Assembly: GCF_006345805.1 (NCBI RefSeq)
Contig: NC_043003.1
Location: 62,620,001 to 62,684,000, forward strand
Direction of reading: 5' to 3'
Length of the DNA stretch: 64,000 nt
Source of the DNA: Octopus sinensis
Lineage: Eukaryota
The notes beneath the pieces were generated by a model that made no database searches, was not told the origin of the DNA, and worked only from the letters and a program-made list of their open reading frames with translations. The translations under genes and the position numbers were made by a program. Below are positions 26,583 through 41,197 of this stretch, in pieces; the first letter of the stretch is position 1, and each line of letters opens with the position of its first letter.

Positions 26583-29164
26583 TTTTTTACAAGTTATTGT
26601 GTGGTAACTTGTAAATTTAATGTTTTACTGCTTTTATATATACCTATAGAGGAAAAAAACATTAGCATATTTGTATATATATAAGTTGACCTGTATCCAG
26701 TATTATTTGTTTAAGTATGGCTTACTCACTTTGTTATCTCATACCTGCTATCATAATTCTGTTTTGTATATTTTCTAATTTTCTATCTTCTTCAGTAGCT
26801 TTATACATATTTTCCATAACTTCCATAACCTTTATACCATTGTATTTTTATATTAAATTATATCATATTATATTACGTTCACATTGTATTATATAACATT
26901 TCATTTTAATATATTCTTCATTTTGTTATTTCATTAGATTACATTGTTAAATTCCTCCCTGTATATCTTACCCACTCACAAACAAATGCCAACCCTGCCA
27001 TCTGTAACATGTTTATGAATAAAGAATTTTCCAAAAGCCATGTGGAATCCAATATCTACAAGCTCATGTATCCTCCACTGTCGCCCTACATAGATATTAG
27101 CTCCATGACAAATGTGACACCTATTACATTACAGTCAAACATTGTTTATCTGAAAATCAATTATCCAAATTGCCGTTTATCTGAACAAGCTCTCCAGGAC
27201 CCTTGAATATTTAATTAGCTGTACTGCATGTAACCCAAAGTCTAGAATCATACTGGTGTTAACATCTCATCTTTTGTTTATTGTGATTAAAAGTGAATTC
27301 AAATTACTGGAGAGCATGAATAAATGTTACAGCAACAATGATGTCTTTTGTTTACAGTTGTTGAGGATAACTTGTGTCAGACTATCTGACAGTTGATCTA
27401 TGTTTGATCTTATAGTTTTATCTTATAGTTAGTCACATTAAACAGTTAAAATGATTGTAACTCATAAAAATAACTGACATGCTGAAAGAATTTATAGCAT
27501 GGCAAATCAATGGTTACTGCGTCAGTTTGTGACTTTGTTCTAAGTACATATCTGTTATAAGTAATTGAGGTTGTTGCCATGTCTGTGAAGAGAAAGCAAA
27601 CACCATTGACAATCAAACAGAAAAGTGAGATTTTTACAGCTTCTGGATCATAGTGAAAAGAACCACAAAGACTACACAAGGATACACCATTTTATTGATT
27701 GAATGCCATAAAGCTCTGTGAGCATGCTTTTTTACATAATTATGTTTAGCTTGTTTTCTTTTGTTTATGATCATAGCAATTATCTGAACAATCAGTTATC
27801 AGCTCAAAATACTCCCCACCAATCCTTTCTGGATGATTGAGGTTTAACTGTATTAGACATAAACTCTACAACCTATGTGTACATTTCATGTGGATGTGTT
27901 ATGGAAGTTGATTCAATATTGGATATGACCATTGCTTGTTAATGAACAGCAAAGCAAATATGACTTGTCATCTCAGTTGATGAACTTTCATGCTATATAT
28001 AAATTATGTATCTGTGTGTACATGCACATACCTACACACACATATACGCACACATCCATACACACACATACATATATATCGCTTCTGTCATTTGTATCAA
28101 CCAAACTACTGGATGTTGTTATTAACCACCAGTCATAATCCGCTTTCAATTCTGTCTTGGTTGTGCCATTCTTTTCCATCTTGACCTAAATCATTTTACT
28201 AAATCATCTTTCTATTGCCATGGAAGCCTTCCAAGTGATTTTACCAATCTCTTGGATATTATTAAGCAACTGCATGGGTCCATATGTTGTCTGTGAATTT
28301 TGCAACATGATTGGCTGAGAAGAACTTGCGCATTCTGCAATCATGTTGTCCGCTCTGCTTCATTCTTGAATCATCTCATTTCATATATGCTCTTGTAATG
28401 ATATTTTGTGTGTGTGTGTGTGTGTGTACACCATTGACAACCAAACAATCAAACAGAAAAGTGACAGACACAAGCATAGCTATGTGGTTAAGAAATTTAC
28501 TTCCCAACTACATGGTTTCAGTTTCGGTCTGGCTGTGTAGCGCCTTGTGCAAGTGTTCTCTACTCCTCGACAGATTCCTAATATAAATTCTGAACCCTTT
28601 ATTTTATACCCTCACTTTTATTTGGAAACAAATATGCATACCTACCATGTCAAACTGTACATATAAACTAAGAACAAAGAATTGAAGAAAAGGACACATT
28701 GTCTCCTCATGTCCAGATGAACATGCATATTCCATCATAGAAATGCTACACTGTACACTTTTCTTCAAAAAAAAATGAAAATGCAATCAAATACAACATA
28801 TAAAAAATTGTCTCCTTTGAAAGGAGGATTAACAAGCAGATCATCGAGAAGTAAAATCAATTAATCTTGTCTGGATTACATTGCTTTCCACGTTCCAAAC
28901 CACACCCTCAGATAATTGCCACTCCAACAATCAACTTCTAACCACAGAATCCCATTGATTTTCCTATTTATGTTTCTAGGCATGTCTTGAGTGATGATGG
29001 TAGGTGTCTCAGTTAAATAACTTTCTGTTGTAGTGGTTGTTTTGGAAATTCTTAGGTATAAGGCTTGTGAATGTTTAGTAAAATTGGACTTAGCATTTAA
29101 GAAAGAGGGAATTGTGAAATACAGGTGTATATAACTGTTACAGTTATACAAAAAGGAAATCAAA

Positions 29165-29671
29165 TCAAAATCGCTGCGTGGCCGATGACAGTGCTGCCAG
29201 TGGAACGTTAAAAGCACATCTGAGTGTGATTATTGCCAGGACCACGGATTGGCTCCCGTGACGGTGGTATGAAAAAAGCACCATCCGAGCATGATCGTTG
29301 CCAGCATTGCCTGACCAGCACATGTGCCAGTGGTACGTAAAAAGCAACATTCAAGTGTGGTCATCGCCAGTGCTGCCAGACTGGCTCCCACACAGGTAGC
29401 ACATAAAAAACACCTTTTGAGCATGGTTGTTGCCAGAACCGCCTGACTGGCCCTCATGCTGGTGGCATATAAAAGCACCCACTACACTCTCAGGGTGGTT
29501 GGCATTAAGAAGGGCATCCAGCTGTAGGAACTTTGCCAGACCAGATTTGAGCCTTGTGCAGCCTTCTGGCTCACCAGTCCTCAATCAAACCATCAAACCC
29601 ATGCCAGCATTGAAAGCATATGTTAAACGAAGACAATGACAACGATGATGATAATGATTATGAGGATGAGG

Positions 29672-29703
<32 letters not shown>

Positions 29704-29715
29704 GATGATGATGAA
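29165..29715 (+). mobile_element. RTE LINE 3'UTR copy with (GAT)n tail
   Basis: Tandem about 60-bp subunits, AAGGGCATCCAGCTGTAG, and a long GAT/GAC tail. Confidence 0.8.
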
Positions 29716-31239
29716 GAGGAAAGAAAAGGGGAAACATTAAGGGGCATATTTATTGACAGTGCAAGGAAAACTTTCCTTTATTATCTTTTAGTCAGGATGA
29801 AAGCCAGTGTTTATTGTTCATAACAGATTAAATGGGAGAAAGAGGAAAGTGTCTTCAAATAGGAAACCTTGCCTAAAAACTTACAACAGAATGGATTCTG
29901 CCAAAATCCCCTAAGGTGCCAGGTAGTGGTATTAAACTGGATGGTAGCCATACCATCTTAAGGCAATAGCACACTGGGCAGATTTAGAGGCCGAATTCTA
30001 ATCTATGTATGTTATGGCTTGTTATCCATAAATATATTCTGTTGGGCTCAATAAACTGATTTGTCAAGGGGCCATCTTGCTTCTAAGGTAGCTCTGGATG
30101 GTAGATTAAGCCTACCACCTAAGTAGCCATGACAGGATTTGAACTCAAAACACCAGAACAAATACCATGAAGCACCTAGTCCAGTGATCATACAGTTCCA
30201 CCAATGCACCACTTTGGATTGGTAGGTTTTTGTTCCCAAAAGGACAAAAGGTAAATTTGATCATGGCAGGGGTTAAATGCAACACAGAGAGTTGGAACAA
30301 ATATTGCAAAACATTCTGTCCAACACATGAACAATTCTACCAATTCACTAGCTGATCATTGCTTGAATAAAAGATGTTAAAACACAATAAAGTCAAAATG
30401 CTTACAAGATTCTACATACAAATAGAAGTTAATTTTCCAATTATGAGAAAAATCAGTTTTCTAATCATTTTCAGCCTTGTAATAGTTCTCAGTCTCTTGT
30501 GCAATATTTCTGGAGAACACTTAATTATGAATGGTAGTGGTGGTGGTGGCGGCGGCGGTGGTGGTGGTGGTGGTGGTGGTGGGGAGTATTTTCAAGAATG
30601 AAAGGAATGAAAGGAAAAGAAACAAATAGCAAAGAGGAGAGATACCTATATATTGGTAGTACAGAAAAAAAAGCTGATTACCATTTAAATAAATAAACAA
30701 AACAATAAATAGAATGAATAAAATAAAATGAATATGTTCACATGATTCAGTTGATAAATTTGAGTATTTTTTTTTTTCCAATAATGAGAAAAGACAAAAG
30801 AAGACAAAGCAGTTTAGTAATAGTTTTCAATCTGATTTGAAATATCTTTGAGCAACACTTAGCCACTTCAGAATTTATGACGCAAGATATATGTTAGAAA
30901 GGAGAACTCTAAACAGTCATACATCATCATCATTGTCTTTTTAAATGTCTGTCTTTCATTCTGGCATTTGTTGGGCAGCTTCACAGGGTCTGATAGGTTC
31001 AAGGACCACATGCCCGAGTGTCTGCTTTGACAAGATTTCTATGGTTAGATGCTCTTCCTAACATCATCCACTTTACAGAATGTGCACCATGCGCTTTTCA
31101 TCACATTAGTGAGATTGCCATGTGACTTGCAAGACTAAGATACTTCAACTGAGAGCAGCTGCAACAGAAATGAAGGTAGCTTTATGCTATTTGATGGGAG
31201 GTTAAAGTATGAAAGTAGAGACTGAGACAAGTTTCTGGC

Positions 31240-31281
<42 letters not shown>

Positions 31282-31299
31282 TATATATATATATGCCAC

Positions 31300-31303
31300 C
31301 TAC

Positions 31304-31338
<35 letters not shown>

Positions 31339-31559
31339 AAACGTGATCGATGCCAGAGACCCCTGACTGGCTCCTGTGCCAGTGGAACATAAAAAACAAA
31401 CACTACACTCTTGGAGTGGTTGGCATTAAGAAGGGCATCCAGCTATAGAAATATTGCCAGATCAGATTGAGCGTAGTGCAGTCGCTGGCTTTCCAGACCT
31501 CAGCCAAACTGTCCAACCCATGCCAGCATGGAAAACGGACGTTAAATGATGATGATGAT

Positions 31560-31594
<35 letters not shown>

Positions 31595-32208
31595 ATAGCT
31601 AGTTGTAAAATCTTATGAAAAGATCAGAGTAGTAACTATGCTAAAAAGTTAAGTCAGTCACCACATCAAAGTAGGTGTTCTGTGTTACTATTAGTTTAAC
31701 CACAGGCAGATATTCCATTAGCTAGTTATAGGCACGACATTGCACCCCTTATATACAATATATATTATCAGGGGGAGCGAACTCCTACTACCCTCTAGCA
31801 AGTAACAGGATTGCAAAACCGACTCAGTTTCGAGCTATTTGACTCATCCTATATGTGTGTATATATGTGTGTGTGTGTGTATTTATATGTATACTTACAC
31901 ACTCATGCACACACACACACACACAGTTTTCATATATACATGTGCACATGTGTAACTATATATAATATATATATATATATATATCCAAACGTGATCGATG
32001 CCAGAGACCCCTGACTGGCTCCTGTGCCAGTGGAACATAAAAAACAAACACTACACTCTTGGAGTGGTTGGCATTAAGAAGGGCATCCAGCTATAGAAAT
32101 ATTGCCAGATCAGATTGGAGCGTAGTGCAGTCGCTGGCTTTCCAGACCTCAGCCAAACTGTCCAACCCATGCCAGCATGGAAAACGGACGTTAAATGATG
32201 ATGATGAT

Positions 32209-32243
<35 letters not shown>

Positions 32244-32628
32244 ATAGCTAGTTGTAAAATCTTATGAAAAGATCAGAGTAGTAACTATGCTAAAAAGTTA
32301 AGTCAGTCACCACATCAAAGTAGGTGTTCTGTGTTACTATTAGTTTAACCACAGGCAGATATTCCATTAGCTAGTTATAGGCACGACATTGCACCCCTTA
32401 TATACAATATATATTATCAGGGGGAGCGAACTCCTACTACCCTCTAGCAAGTAACAGGATTGCAAAACCGACTCAGTTTCGAGCTATTTGACTCATCCTA
32501 TATGTGTGTATATATGTGTGTGTGTGTGTATTTATATGTATACTTACACACTCATGCACACACACACACACACATGTTTTCATATATACATGTGCACATG
32601 TGTAACTATATATATATATATATATATA
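31300..32628. repeat. Near-identical tandem duplication, period about 648 bp
   Basis: 'tccaaacgtgatcgatgcc' at 31336 and 31984. The units differ only by about 1-nt indels and microsatellite length. Confidence 0.95.
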
Positions 32629-32699
32629 TGATGAACAAATTTCACATAGACATATATTTCCCTTTCAAAGGAAAATATATGTCTATATGGGGACCTTTG

Positions 32700-33330
32700 G
32701 AAATATGCTGTGCTTGAGAAGACTCGGCAAGTGCAAGTGAGACCATAACCCTGTGGCCTATGCCAGGGGTGTAACCAGTCCACTTATGAGTACCTTTCCT
32801 TCATTAGACACTAATACTCTGCTTGTGAAGACCTGTTGAGGCAAGTGAAATCGAAATCAAATTTGATGACTGGCATCCATGCTAGTGGACCACTAAGAAT
32901 ACCATACAAGCATGATCGTTGCCAGAGCAACAAGCTGGCCTCTGTGCCGATGGCACGTAAAAAACACCATTGAAGTGAGATCGTTACCTGCGTCGCCTTA
33001 CTGGCACTTGTGCTGGTGGCACGGGAAAAAACATTCAAGCGAGGTTGTTGCCAGTGCCGCTGGACTGGCTCCCGTGCAGGTAGTGCATAAAAAGCAGCAT
33101 TTGAGCGTGGCCATTGCCAGTACCACCTGACTGGCCCTCATGCCAGTGGCACATAAAAGCACCCACCACACTCTTGTAGTGGTTGGTGTTAGGAAGGGCA
33201 TCCAGCTGTAGAAACTCTTCAGATCAGATTGGAGTGTGGTGCAGTCATCTGGTTCGCTAGACCTCAGTCAAATCATCCAACCCATGCTAGCATGGAAAGC
33301 GGATGTTATACGATGATGATGATGATGATT
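32700..33330 (+). mobile_element. RTE LINE 3' end (DLWKYAVLEKTRQV* plus 3'UTR plus (GAT)n)
   Basis: Same family as 12067-12692, in opposite orientation. Confidence 0.85.
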
Positions 33331-33569
33331 TCCCTTGCAAACTCCTGGCTCCATCAAAGGTGGACAGAGTAACTCTTCTTTAACAGAAGTGAATTATTGT
33401 CCCTTGACAATTAGCGCTTTTTGTCTTGCTGTAGCATGGCCAAAACAAAGCACATAAAGGTACTCCCAGGTGTATGATAGAATTAAAGACCAATTAACTC
33501 ACCTTACGTTAAAAATATCATAAGGCAATATGAAAGTGCATATACATATGCTTTTGCATATGTATATAC

Positions 33570-33893
33570 TAGGGACATGCTGCCTGGGTAGGCAAGGTAG
33601 GCAGTGCCTATCCTGAATAAAATAGATCGATAGCAACATTTTCCTTTTATGGCAAAATATGCACCTAATTCAATAAAATTATGAAGGTTCCTTTGAGTAC
33701 CCTGCATAAAATACAAAATTTTTTTTCTTTATAGATAAAGTAGATGTAATTCACCCCTGCCATTCAATCTCAGTATTAAAGCTACACATAGGACTGCTGT
33801 AGCATATGTGCTGCATACATTCCTACATCAATGTTTCCTTTATGTGCTACAAAAGGCAGAAGTGAATCTGCCTACAACTCAGTCACATGCCTA
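33570..33893. mobile_element. Possible small DNA-transposon relic (hAT-like ends)
   Basis: Imperfect inverted ends tagggacatgctgcctgggtaggca / tgcctacaactcagtcacatgccta. No clear TSD. Confidence 0.3.
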
Positions 33894-33919
33894 TGTTTCA
33901 CTAATTTTTTTGTGTTTTA

Positions 33920-34345
33920 CTACGTAAACATCACCAACTGCCTACCCTGAGTAATTACTGATGGCATGTGCCTGGTATATACAGCTTCATGGAGGCAATC
34001 ACTGAAACCATTGGCATTATGTCGTGCTTGAGAAGAAGAACCATCAAGCCAAGCAAAATCGCAGTCATGGCTGATACTGGTGTTAGACAAAGTGGTACCC
34101 ATGCTGGCAGCATGTAAAAGCACCCCGGTGTCATGCAAATGACACCTGTGCCAGTGGCACGTAAAAGCACCCATTACACTCTAGGAATGGTTGGCATTAG
34201 GAAGGGCGTCCAGCCATAGAAAACCATGCCAAATCAGACTGGAGTCTGGTGGGGCCTTCCAGTGTGCCAGCCCGGTCAAACTGTCCAACCCATGCCAGCA
34301 TGGACAATGGACGTTAAATGATGATGATGATGACGATGATATTGA
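33920..34345 (+). mobile_element. RTE-type 3'UTR copy
   Basis: AAAAGCACCCATTACACTC..GGAAGGGCGTCCAGC..GGACGTTAAATGATGATG. Confidence 0.75.
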
Positions 34346-34359
34346 TATGAGATTAAATC

Positions 34360-35110
34360 AAAAATAAATTGTGAAGCTTGTTTTAGATTTAGTTGGTTGG
34401 ATAAACACAGAATCTGGAGGTGGTGAAGATCTAGGGCTGATTTCTTTGGAGGGGTCAAGAGGAATAGGTTCATCAGGGTGATAAGTCAAAAAGTATGGGT
34501 TCAGTAAGAGATGTTGAAATCCCAGGAGAAGGAGCACAAACTGGTGAAGGATTTTATAGAAAAAAAAATATCAAGAAAATAGACTGAACTGGATGCTTCT
34601 TCCTTTCAATTATATTAAGCCATAGTTTTCTTGACTTCTTTTTTCAACCTGTAAAAACCATTCTACATTACCATCCATAGCTTTAAGTATCTGTATTGCT
34701 TTAGCAGGTGTATAGAATTCCTCTGCCAACTATGTAGTTATAAATTTCCTTGTTTCTAGTACTTCCTCACCAATCTTCTTCTCCTCTTCCTTCTCACTGT
34801 TTTTCTTTTTCAATCCTGTCAACTCTTCATTCATCAGGTTTTCATTCTTATCCACTATCAACTGTCCAAAATCCTCTTAATCCACATCAAGACCAGGCTT
34901 TTTTTGGCAAACACTACTCTACAATTTTCCATGACTCTTATAAAAGTGTCAACATGAATGACATTCAAGGTTTTAAAGTGTTTTCATAAAATTTTGCTGA
35001 TACCATTTACACATTCTTTTGCAACACCTTCCTAGGTTTTAGCAATGTTCCTAATTGCCTTCAGAATATTGTACCTGTTCCAAAAATGATAAGATGAGGC
35101 GATGTGGTCT
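34360..35110 (-). mobile_element. Degenerate Tigger/pogo transposase C-terminal relic
   Basis: Minus-strand translation with stops: NILKAIRNIAK..ENLMNEELTGL..EEEKKIGEEVLETRKFITT*LAEEF..AMDGNVEWFLQVEKEV, followed by an S/P-rich tail. This resembles Tigger C-termini. Confidence 0.7.
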
Positions 35111-36049
35111 GTTGCATCAGGCAATTTTACATTCATACATAAACTCTCAATTTAACATTTTATTAAACTACCTTCCTGTTTTGGAGTGTTGAAGTTACAG
35201 GCTGTTGCACACACGTGCAAGCACAGATGCACACACTGGCACACATGCAAAGATATTCATTCTCTGTTATAAATATAGCGATAGAGAGAATGATGGATAC
35301 ATTCTACTACAAATATAATTCCATCCATGAGTGTGTGTGTGTGTTTGAGAGAGAGGCGGGTAGGAAGAATACTAAAACAACAGCAACAAAATATACAGAA
35401 ACAGTATTGGTCACAAACTTGGAGTTCTGTTTATATGTTAAGCTCTAATATCAAACAAACTATATTTCTACAGCTGCCTAATTCACCTACTGAGCTGCTA
35501 GAAATAGCAGCCAAAAATCTCTCAAATCACATTTCAGAAAAAAAACATGTTGGATAATGAACTCCTGGGTTCTCTGCACATTTGGCAAAAGGTGGGATGG
35601 TCGTAATTGGAATGCCTTTGATCATGCATAGGTCTGCTTCATCAAGGCTGACCTGAGGTAAGACAAAAGCAAAATTAACAATCAACCACAGTGATTAGAT
35701 AGAATTCACATACACACTCACACGCATATATATAATAATTGTGTGTGTGTGTGTGTGTGTACACAGATATACATATATACTTACTTTATTGGAATCAAGG
35801 AAATGCTTTTGCGTATGGTATTTAGGGCTTTCCTACTAAACTTATTAATATTACGGATGACACTTTTCTGTTAATAATGTCTATTAACTAATTTTGTAAG
35901 CATCTAAATCCATTTCTGTACTATCCATACCTTACCTTCAAATAGCATGAATGTGTGTGTGTATGTATGTGTATAAGTATGTGTGTATTTATATATATAT
36001 ATGTATTATGTATATAAATACATGTGTATACATATATATATATATTAGG

Positions 36050-36636
<587 letters not shown>

Positions 36637-36809
36637 CATATATATACTGTTGTGTCTGGGGAGAGTCATTCTCCTTTGGTGCCTTATAATTTAACACACT
36701 CACTGGTAAAATTACCACTTATTTTTTTAATTTTGTATTTTGTATTTTTCTAAAATTTTTGTTGCCTCTTGCAACCTTTTCAATTGAAAAAAAGGAAGTG
36801 GACATTTTA

Positions 36810-37250
36810 TCAGTGTTGGACGATTTGACTGAGGTCTGGCGGACCAAATGGCTGCACCAGACTCCAATCTGATCTGGCAGAGTTTCTACAGCTGGATGCC
36901 AATCCTAACGCCAACCACTCTGAGAAAGTAGTAGGTGCTTTTACGTGCCACTGACACGAGGGCCGGTCAGTCGGTACTGGCAAGAGTCATGCTCAGATGA
37001 TGCTTTTTATGTGCCACCTGCACAGGAGTCACTCCAGTGGCACTGGCAACGACCTCACTTCAAATGTTTTTCACATGCCACCAGTACAGGTGCTAGTAAG
37101 GTGACGCAGGTAATGATCACACTCGAATGGTGCTTTTTAACATACCATCGGCACAGAGGCCAGCTTGTTGCTCTGGCAACGATCTCACTCATATGGTACT
37201 CTTAGCGCTCCACTAGCAAGGTGCCAGTCATCGAATTTGATTTTGATTTC
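36810..37250 (-). mobile_element. RTE LINE 3'UTR copy
   Basis: Reverse copy of the CAGCTGGATGCC..CTAACGCCAACCACTC block and tandem subunits. Confidence 0.8.
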
Positions 37251-37254
37251 AATT

Positions 37255-37794
37255 CCAGTTTACTATGGTAAAAATGTCACCATCCTGTGGGATTTTCCCA
37301 GTCAACACTAACAGAATGATCCAGGCTAATCAACCAAGCATAATTATTAGAGACAAGGAAGGAAATACTTGTAAACTAATAGATGTAGGTGTTCCCACTG
37401 ATAAAAATATATCTGTCAAGGAATTGGACAAATTAAGTAAATATAAAGACCTGAGAATTGAAATACAAAAGATGTGGCATCTTGAAACGAGAACTGTTCC
37501 TGTTATAGTGGGTGCCCTAAGTATGATACAAAAAGGGATGCCAGAAGCATCTAGATAAGATCCCAGGAGAACCATGTCTCAGAGAAATCCAAAAGATTGT
37601 GCTGACAAGTACTGCCCACGTCCTTAGAAAAACCCTATCCATTTAAATGTCTGTGTTGTATTACATGAAGATATTTTGCTACTTCCCCTCCCCAAGCTTT
37701 CAGTCATACTGTAACATCTCTTATCTTTCACTTTCCCCAGGATGCTGGGTGTGTCTCAGCAGGTGAGTGTAACAAAAATACTGATTAAAAGTAA

Positions 37795-37835
<41 letters not shown>
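37255..37835 (+). mobile_element. 5'-truncated R4/Dong-type LINE (endonuclease end plus 3'UTR) ending in (AAT)n
   Basis: ORF 37265-37558 has IDVGVPTDKNISVKELDKLSKYKDLRIEIQKMW..VPVIVGALS. The 3'UTR is nearly colinear with 3545-3705. Confidence 0.9.
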
Positions 37836-38219
37836 TAATTGTTGTTGTCCATATCTTCTGCAATATCCATGAATAAGCACATTTATTTAACATTTCCTGG
37901 GATGTGTTTGATTGCTGGAAAAAAAAATGAGAAGAGAAAAGAAGAAAGTCATATTTTATGAGTAATTATTTTAACTTAATTATGCATTGCCAATTAATTA
38001 GCACTATAATTTGTTTTGATTTTTTTCTTTCTAACTCCATTAACTGATGTTTAATCATTCAGTGGTCATTCAAATAAAATAAGAAGACAGCTAGAAATGT
38101 ATAAATGCTGCTCCAAAAATATATGTGTTTATACAGTGGCTGAAGAGATGTGCAGTTAATTTACACTAAGAATGGCTGATACTCCATCATGATGTTTATC
38201 TTGTCAAAGAATAGTTACT

Positions 38220-38580
38220 CATCATCATCATCATCATCACCATCACCATCATCACCATCATCATCATCGTCATCATTTAGTATCTGTTTACCATGCTGGC
38301 ACAGGTTAGACAGTTTGACTGGAAACTGGTAAACCAGAGAGCCATACCAGGTTCCAGTCCAGTTTGGCTTGATTTCTATGGATGGATTTCCTTCCTAACA
38401 CCAACCACTCCAAAAGTGTAATGGGTGCCTTTTACATGTCACCGGTATGGGTGCCTTTTATGTGTCACCAGGAAAGGTGCCTTTTATGTCTCACTGGCAT
38501 GGGTGCTTTTTACATGTCACTGGTAATGGCTATGACTATAATTTCATTTGGCTTGACATGTCTTCTCAAGCACAGCTAAA
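38220..38580 (-). mobile_element. Degenerate RTE-type 3'UTR copy
   Basis: (CAT)n followed by the ccatgctggc..ggatggatttccttcctaacaccaaccactc block. Confidence 0.7.
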
Positions 38581-39124
38581 TTTTCAAAGGTCTCACTCAC
38601 AAAATAAAGTGTGTATCCATCAAAATAAGCATTACAAATATGTCCATCCATCCATTCATACATGAAACCATTTGCACAAAAACCTAGAAATACTTGGTTT
38701 CACAGAAAAAGAGCAAAGGTAACTCATGCTGACTCTCTAAATCCAGTCTATTAGTGGCACAGTGAAAATTTGTAAGACATTCTCAAAGTTCTACATGAGA
38801 GATTTTTATGTGAATAGATGCACATGCTTGGGTGTATGCATCGACAGTTCAACCACCACACCAACTTGATCGCATATTTATGAACACCAGGAAATCTCTA
38901 AACTCAAAATGTCTGGTTGCTTTCTTATCAACCAGCTTGAACTTTCTCAAGATCTAAAATCAAACTAAAAAAGACGAATCATACATACAGGTTGTAGTAA
39001 TGAAGTCCAATGAAATAGTGATATTTTGAAATCATTTAATATGTACATTTCAGGTCTGCCTAATGTATAATAGGGAATGCATCCACTATGTAAGACCTTC
39101 CTCAGTTAAAACATTTCAACACAT

Positions 39125-39165
<41 letters not shown>

Positions 39166-39999
39166 CACACACATACATCTTCATTGTTTTAATAGCTTCT
39201 GTAGTCTTCTATGGACCTTTGCTCTCACCTGTCACCCTAGGTATTGCCATAGTGGTGCATGATACACAAAAGCTGTACATGAATACTTGTAAAAGAATTC
39301 CACAAGATTTCTGAGTAGTAATCATCATTGTCATTTAATGTCTATCTTCCTATCTGGTATGGGTTGGACAGTTTGATAGATCCAATTGGTTTAAGGACTG
39401 CATTGTGCTCGCATGTTTGCTTCAGCATATTTTCTATAGCTGGATGCCCTTCCTAACACCAACCATTTTATAGTGAGTACTGGGTTTTTCTCTTTTCATG
39501 GCACCAGCACTAGTGAAGTCACTACATAAATTGTGAGACTAAAAATGCTTTTGACCAAATGGGTCTACAATAAAGAGGGAGGCAGCCTTATGCTAGATAA
39601 TGATGGATTAATGTCTGAGAGAAGGGGACCAGAGCAGAAAAGGTTCTGAGCTGAAGGAGAGCCACATAACAACTCATATTAAAGAAAAGAGGAGGGTTGG
39701 AGTGGACAGAGGAGGTGTTAAGCACTCGTGCCAGTGCCACATAAAATACACTTGTGCCAGTGCCACATGCATACATGTATGCATGCACACATGCTTGTGT
39801 GTGTGTGTGTATGTTTATGCGTGTTTGCATGTGTGTGTGTGTTTGTGTGTGCTTCTGGTTTCAGTCATTGGACAGCAGTCATACTGAAGGGTTTAGTTGA
39901 GTAAAAGGATTCCAGTATTTATTTCATTCAGTACCTATTTAGATAAAATGGACTTGCTGCATTTTATCATTGCTACAAAACTGACTGCTAAACACATAC

Positions 40000-40067
<68 letters not shown>

Positions 40068-40074
40068 TATATAT

Positions 40075-40290
40075 AATTGAAGAAAATGGAATCAGCAAGA
40101 AGGAATACAGTTAGGCAGTTATTTTTTAATCACTACAATTGTTTCCACACAACGTAGTTCTCCAAAACTACAGGTATTAAGTTATGCAACTGTTTTTTTG
40201 GGAGAACTACATTGTGTGGAAACAATTACAGTGACTCAAAAATAACTTTCCAACTGTACACCTTCTTGTTGACTCCAATTTCTTCAAATT
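40075..40290. mobile_element. Palindromic (foldback) element adjacent to (TA)n
   Basis: About 95-bp imperfect inverted arms (ttgaagaaaatggaatc..gtagttctccaaaa / ttttgggagaactac..ccaatttcttcaa) with a spacer of about 25 bp. Confidence 0.8.
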
Positions 40291-40677
40291 TATATTCACA
40301 CACTTGGAAGTATATAATAATGCTACTGGATAGTACTGGGAAATTCTGAGGGTGGATGAGCTTTATACTGTACCCTGCCCCATTCCTAACAGAATATACT
40401 GTAACTATATATATATATAGTGACCTATCCCACTCAAAAGGTCTCTAAATAAGGTTTGTTTAAGGCTGATGAACGAAACACACATATTTCCAGAGGTGAA
40501 TTATTCAAATCCCAAATAGTTCCTCTCATCACATGGCTATGATGCTCCTCCATTACTTCTGCTTGTGATCAGAGATGCTCATATCGTCAGCCACTAATGG
40601 ACATGCTCAATTGGTTAAGGTCAAGCAACTAACAAGCAAATCTGTGGTATTGAGCAGAATATTTGCTGTAGCCCATC

Positions 40678-40717
<40 letters not shown>

Positions 40718-40720
<3 letters not shown>

Positions 40721-41071
40721 TATGTTTGACTTTTGCTTTATATTTGTACAAGTTGGCTCCAAGTCTCACCCAGAGACCTCAAGAGGCAACAGGTTGGAAG
40801 TTTGTATTGTTGTTATGCCTAGTGTGCCATATATTTGGTTTTGTATTGAGTGTTATGCTAGTGAATGCCTACAAAAGTTATGTGTGTTTTAAAACTTGAG
40901 ATTACATAGAAAGTATTTTGCATAGGATATGAGCAGTTCCCGTTAGCACTATCTTTTGAATTTCTGCCATTTTGGGGTTTCCTAGTATCTGAGTTAGGTA
41001 ACAATCTGCCCCTTTTGCTATCATTCCCAGGGCACCTATGACAACAGGTATTGTTTTAGTCTTCAGGTTCC
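40718..41071 (-). mobile_element. Short 3' fragment of a second R4/Dong-type LINE in (TAA)n
   Basis: NLKTKTIPVVIGALGMIAKGA..EIQKIVLTGTAHILCKILSM* plus 3'UTR, flanked on both sides by TTA repeats. Confidence 0.9.
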
Positions 41072-41133
<62 letters not shown>

Positions 41134-41197
41134 TTCACTATCATTATTATTATTATTTTTATCATTATTATTATTATTATCATTATTATTATTATTA

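Noticed and set aside
26990-27140. Minus-strand CHICHGANIYVG as a GIY-YIG endonuclease relic
   Set aside because: Only a short motif-like match with upstream stops. Insufficient support.
28604-28786. FFLKKSVQC..EYAC as the missing second nuclear receptor zinc-finger exon
   Set aside because: The resemblance to FFRRS is superficial (it comes from a poly-T run), and the CX5CX9CX2C spacing is absent.
33523-33701. Minus-strand segment with strong-looking acceptor and donor
   Set aside because: It contains a transposon-like end and a microsatellite-like palindrome. The open frame stops before the best donor.
40445-40475. CTGATGAACGAAAC as a hammerhead core
   Set aside because: There is no stem II or stem I, and it lies within an unrelated interspersed repeat.
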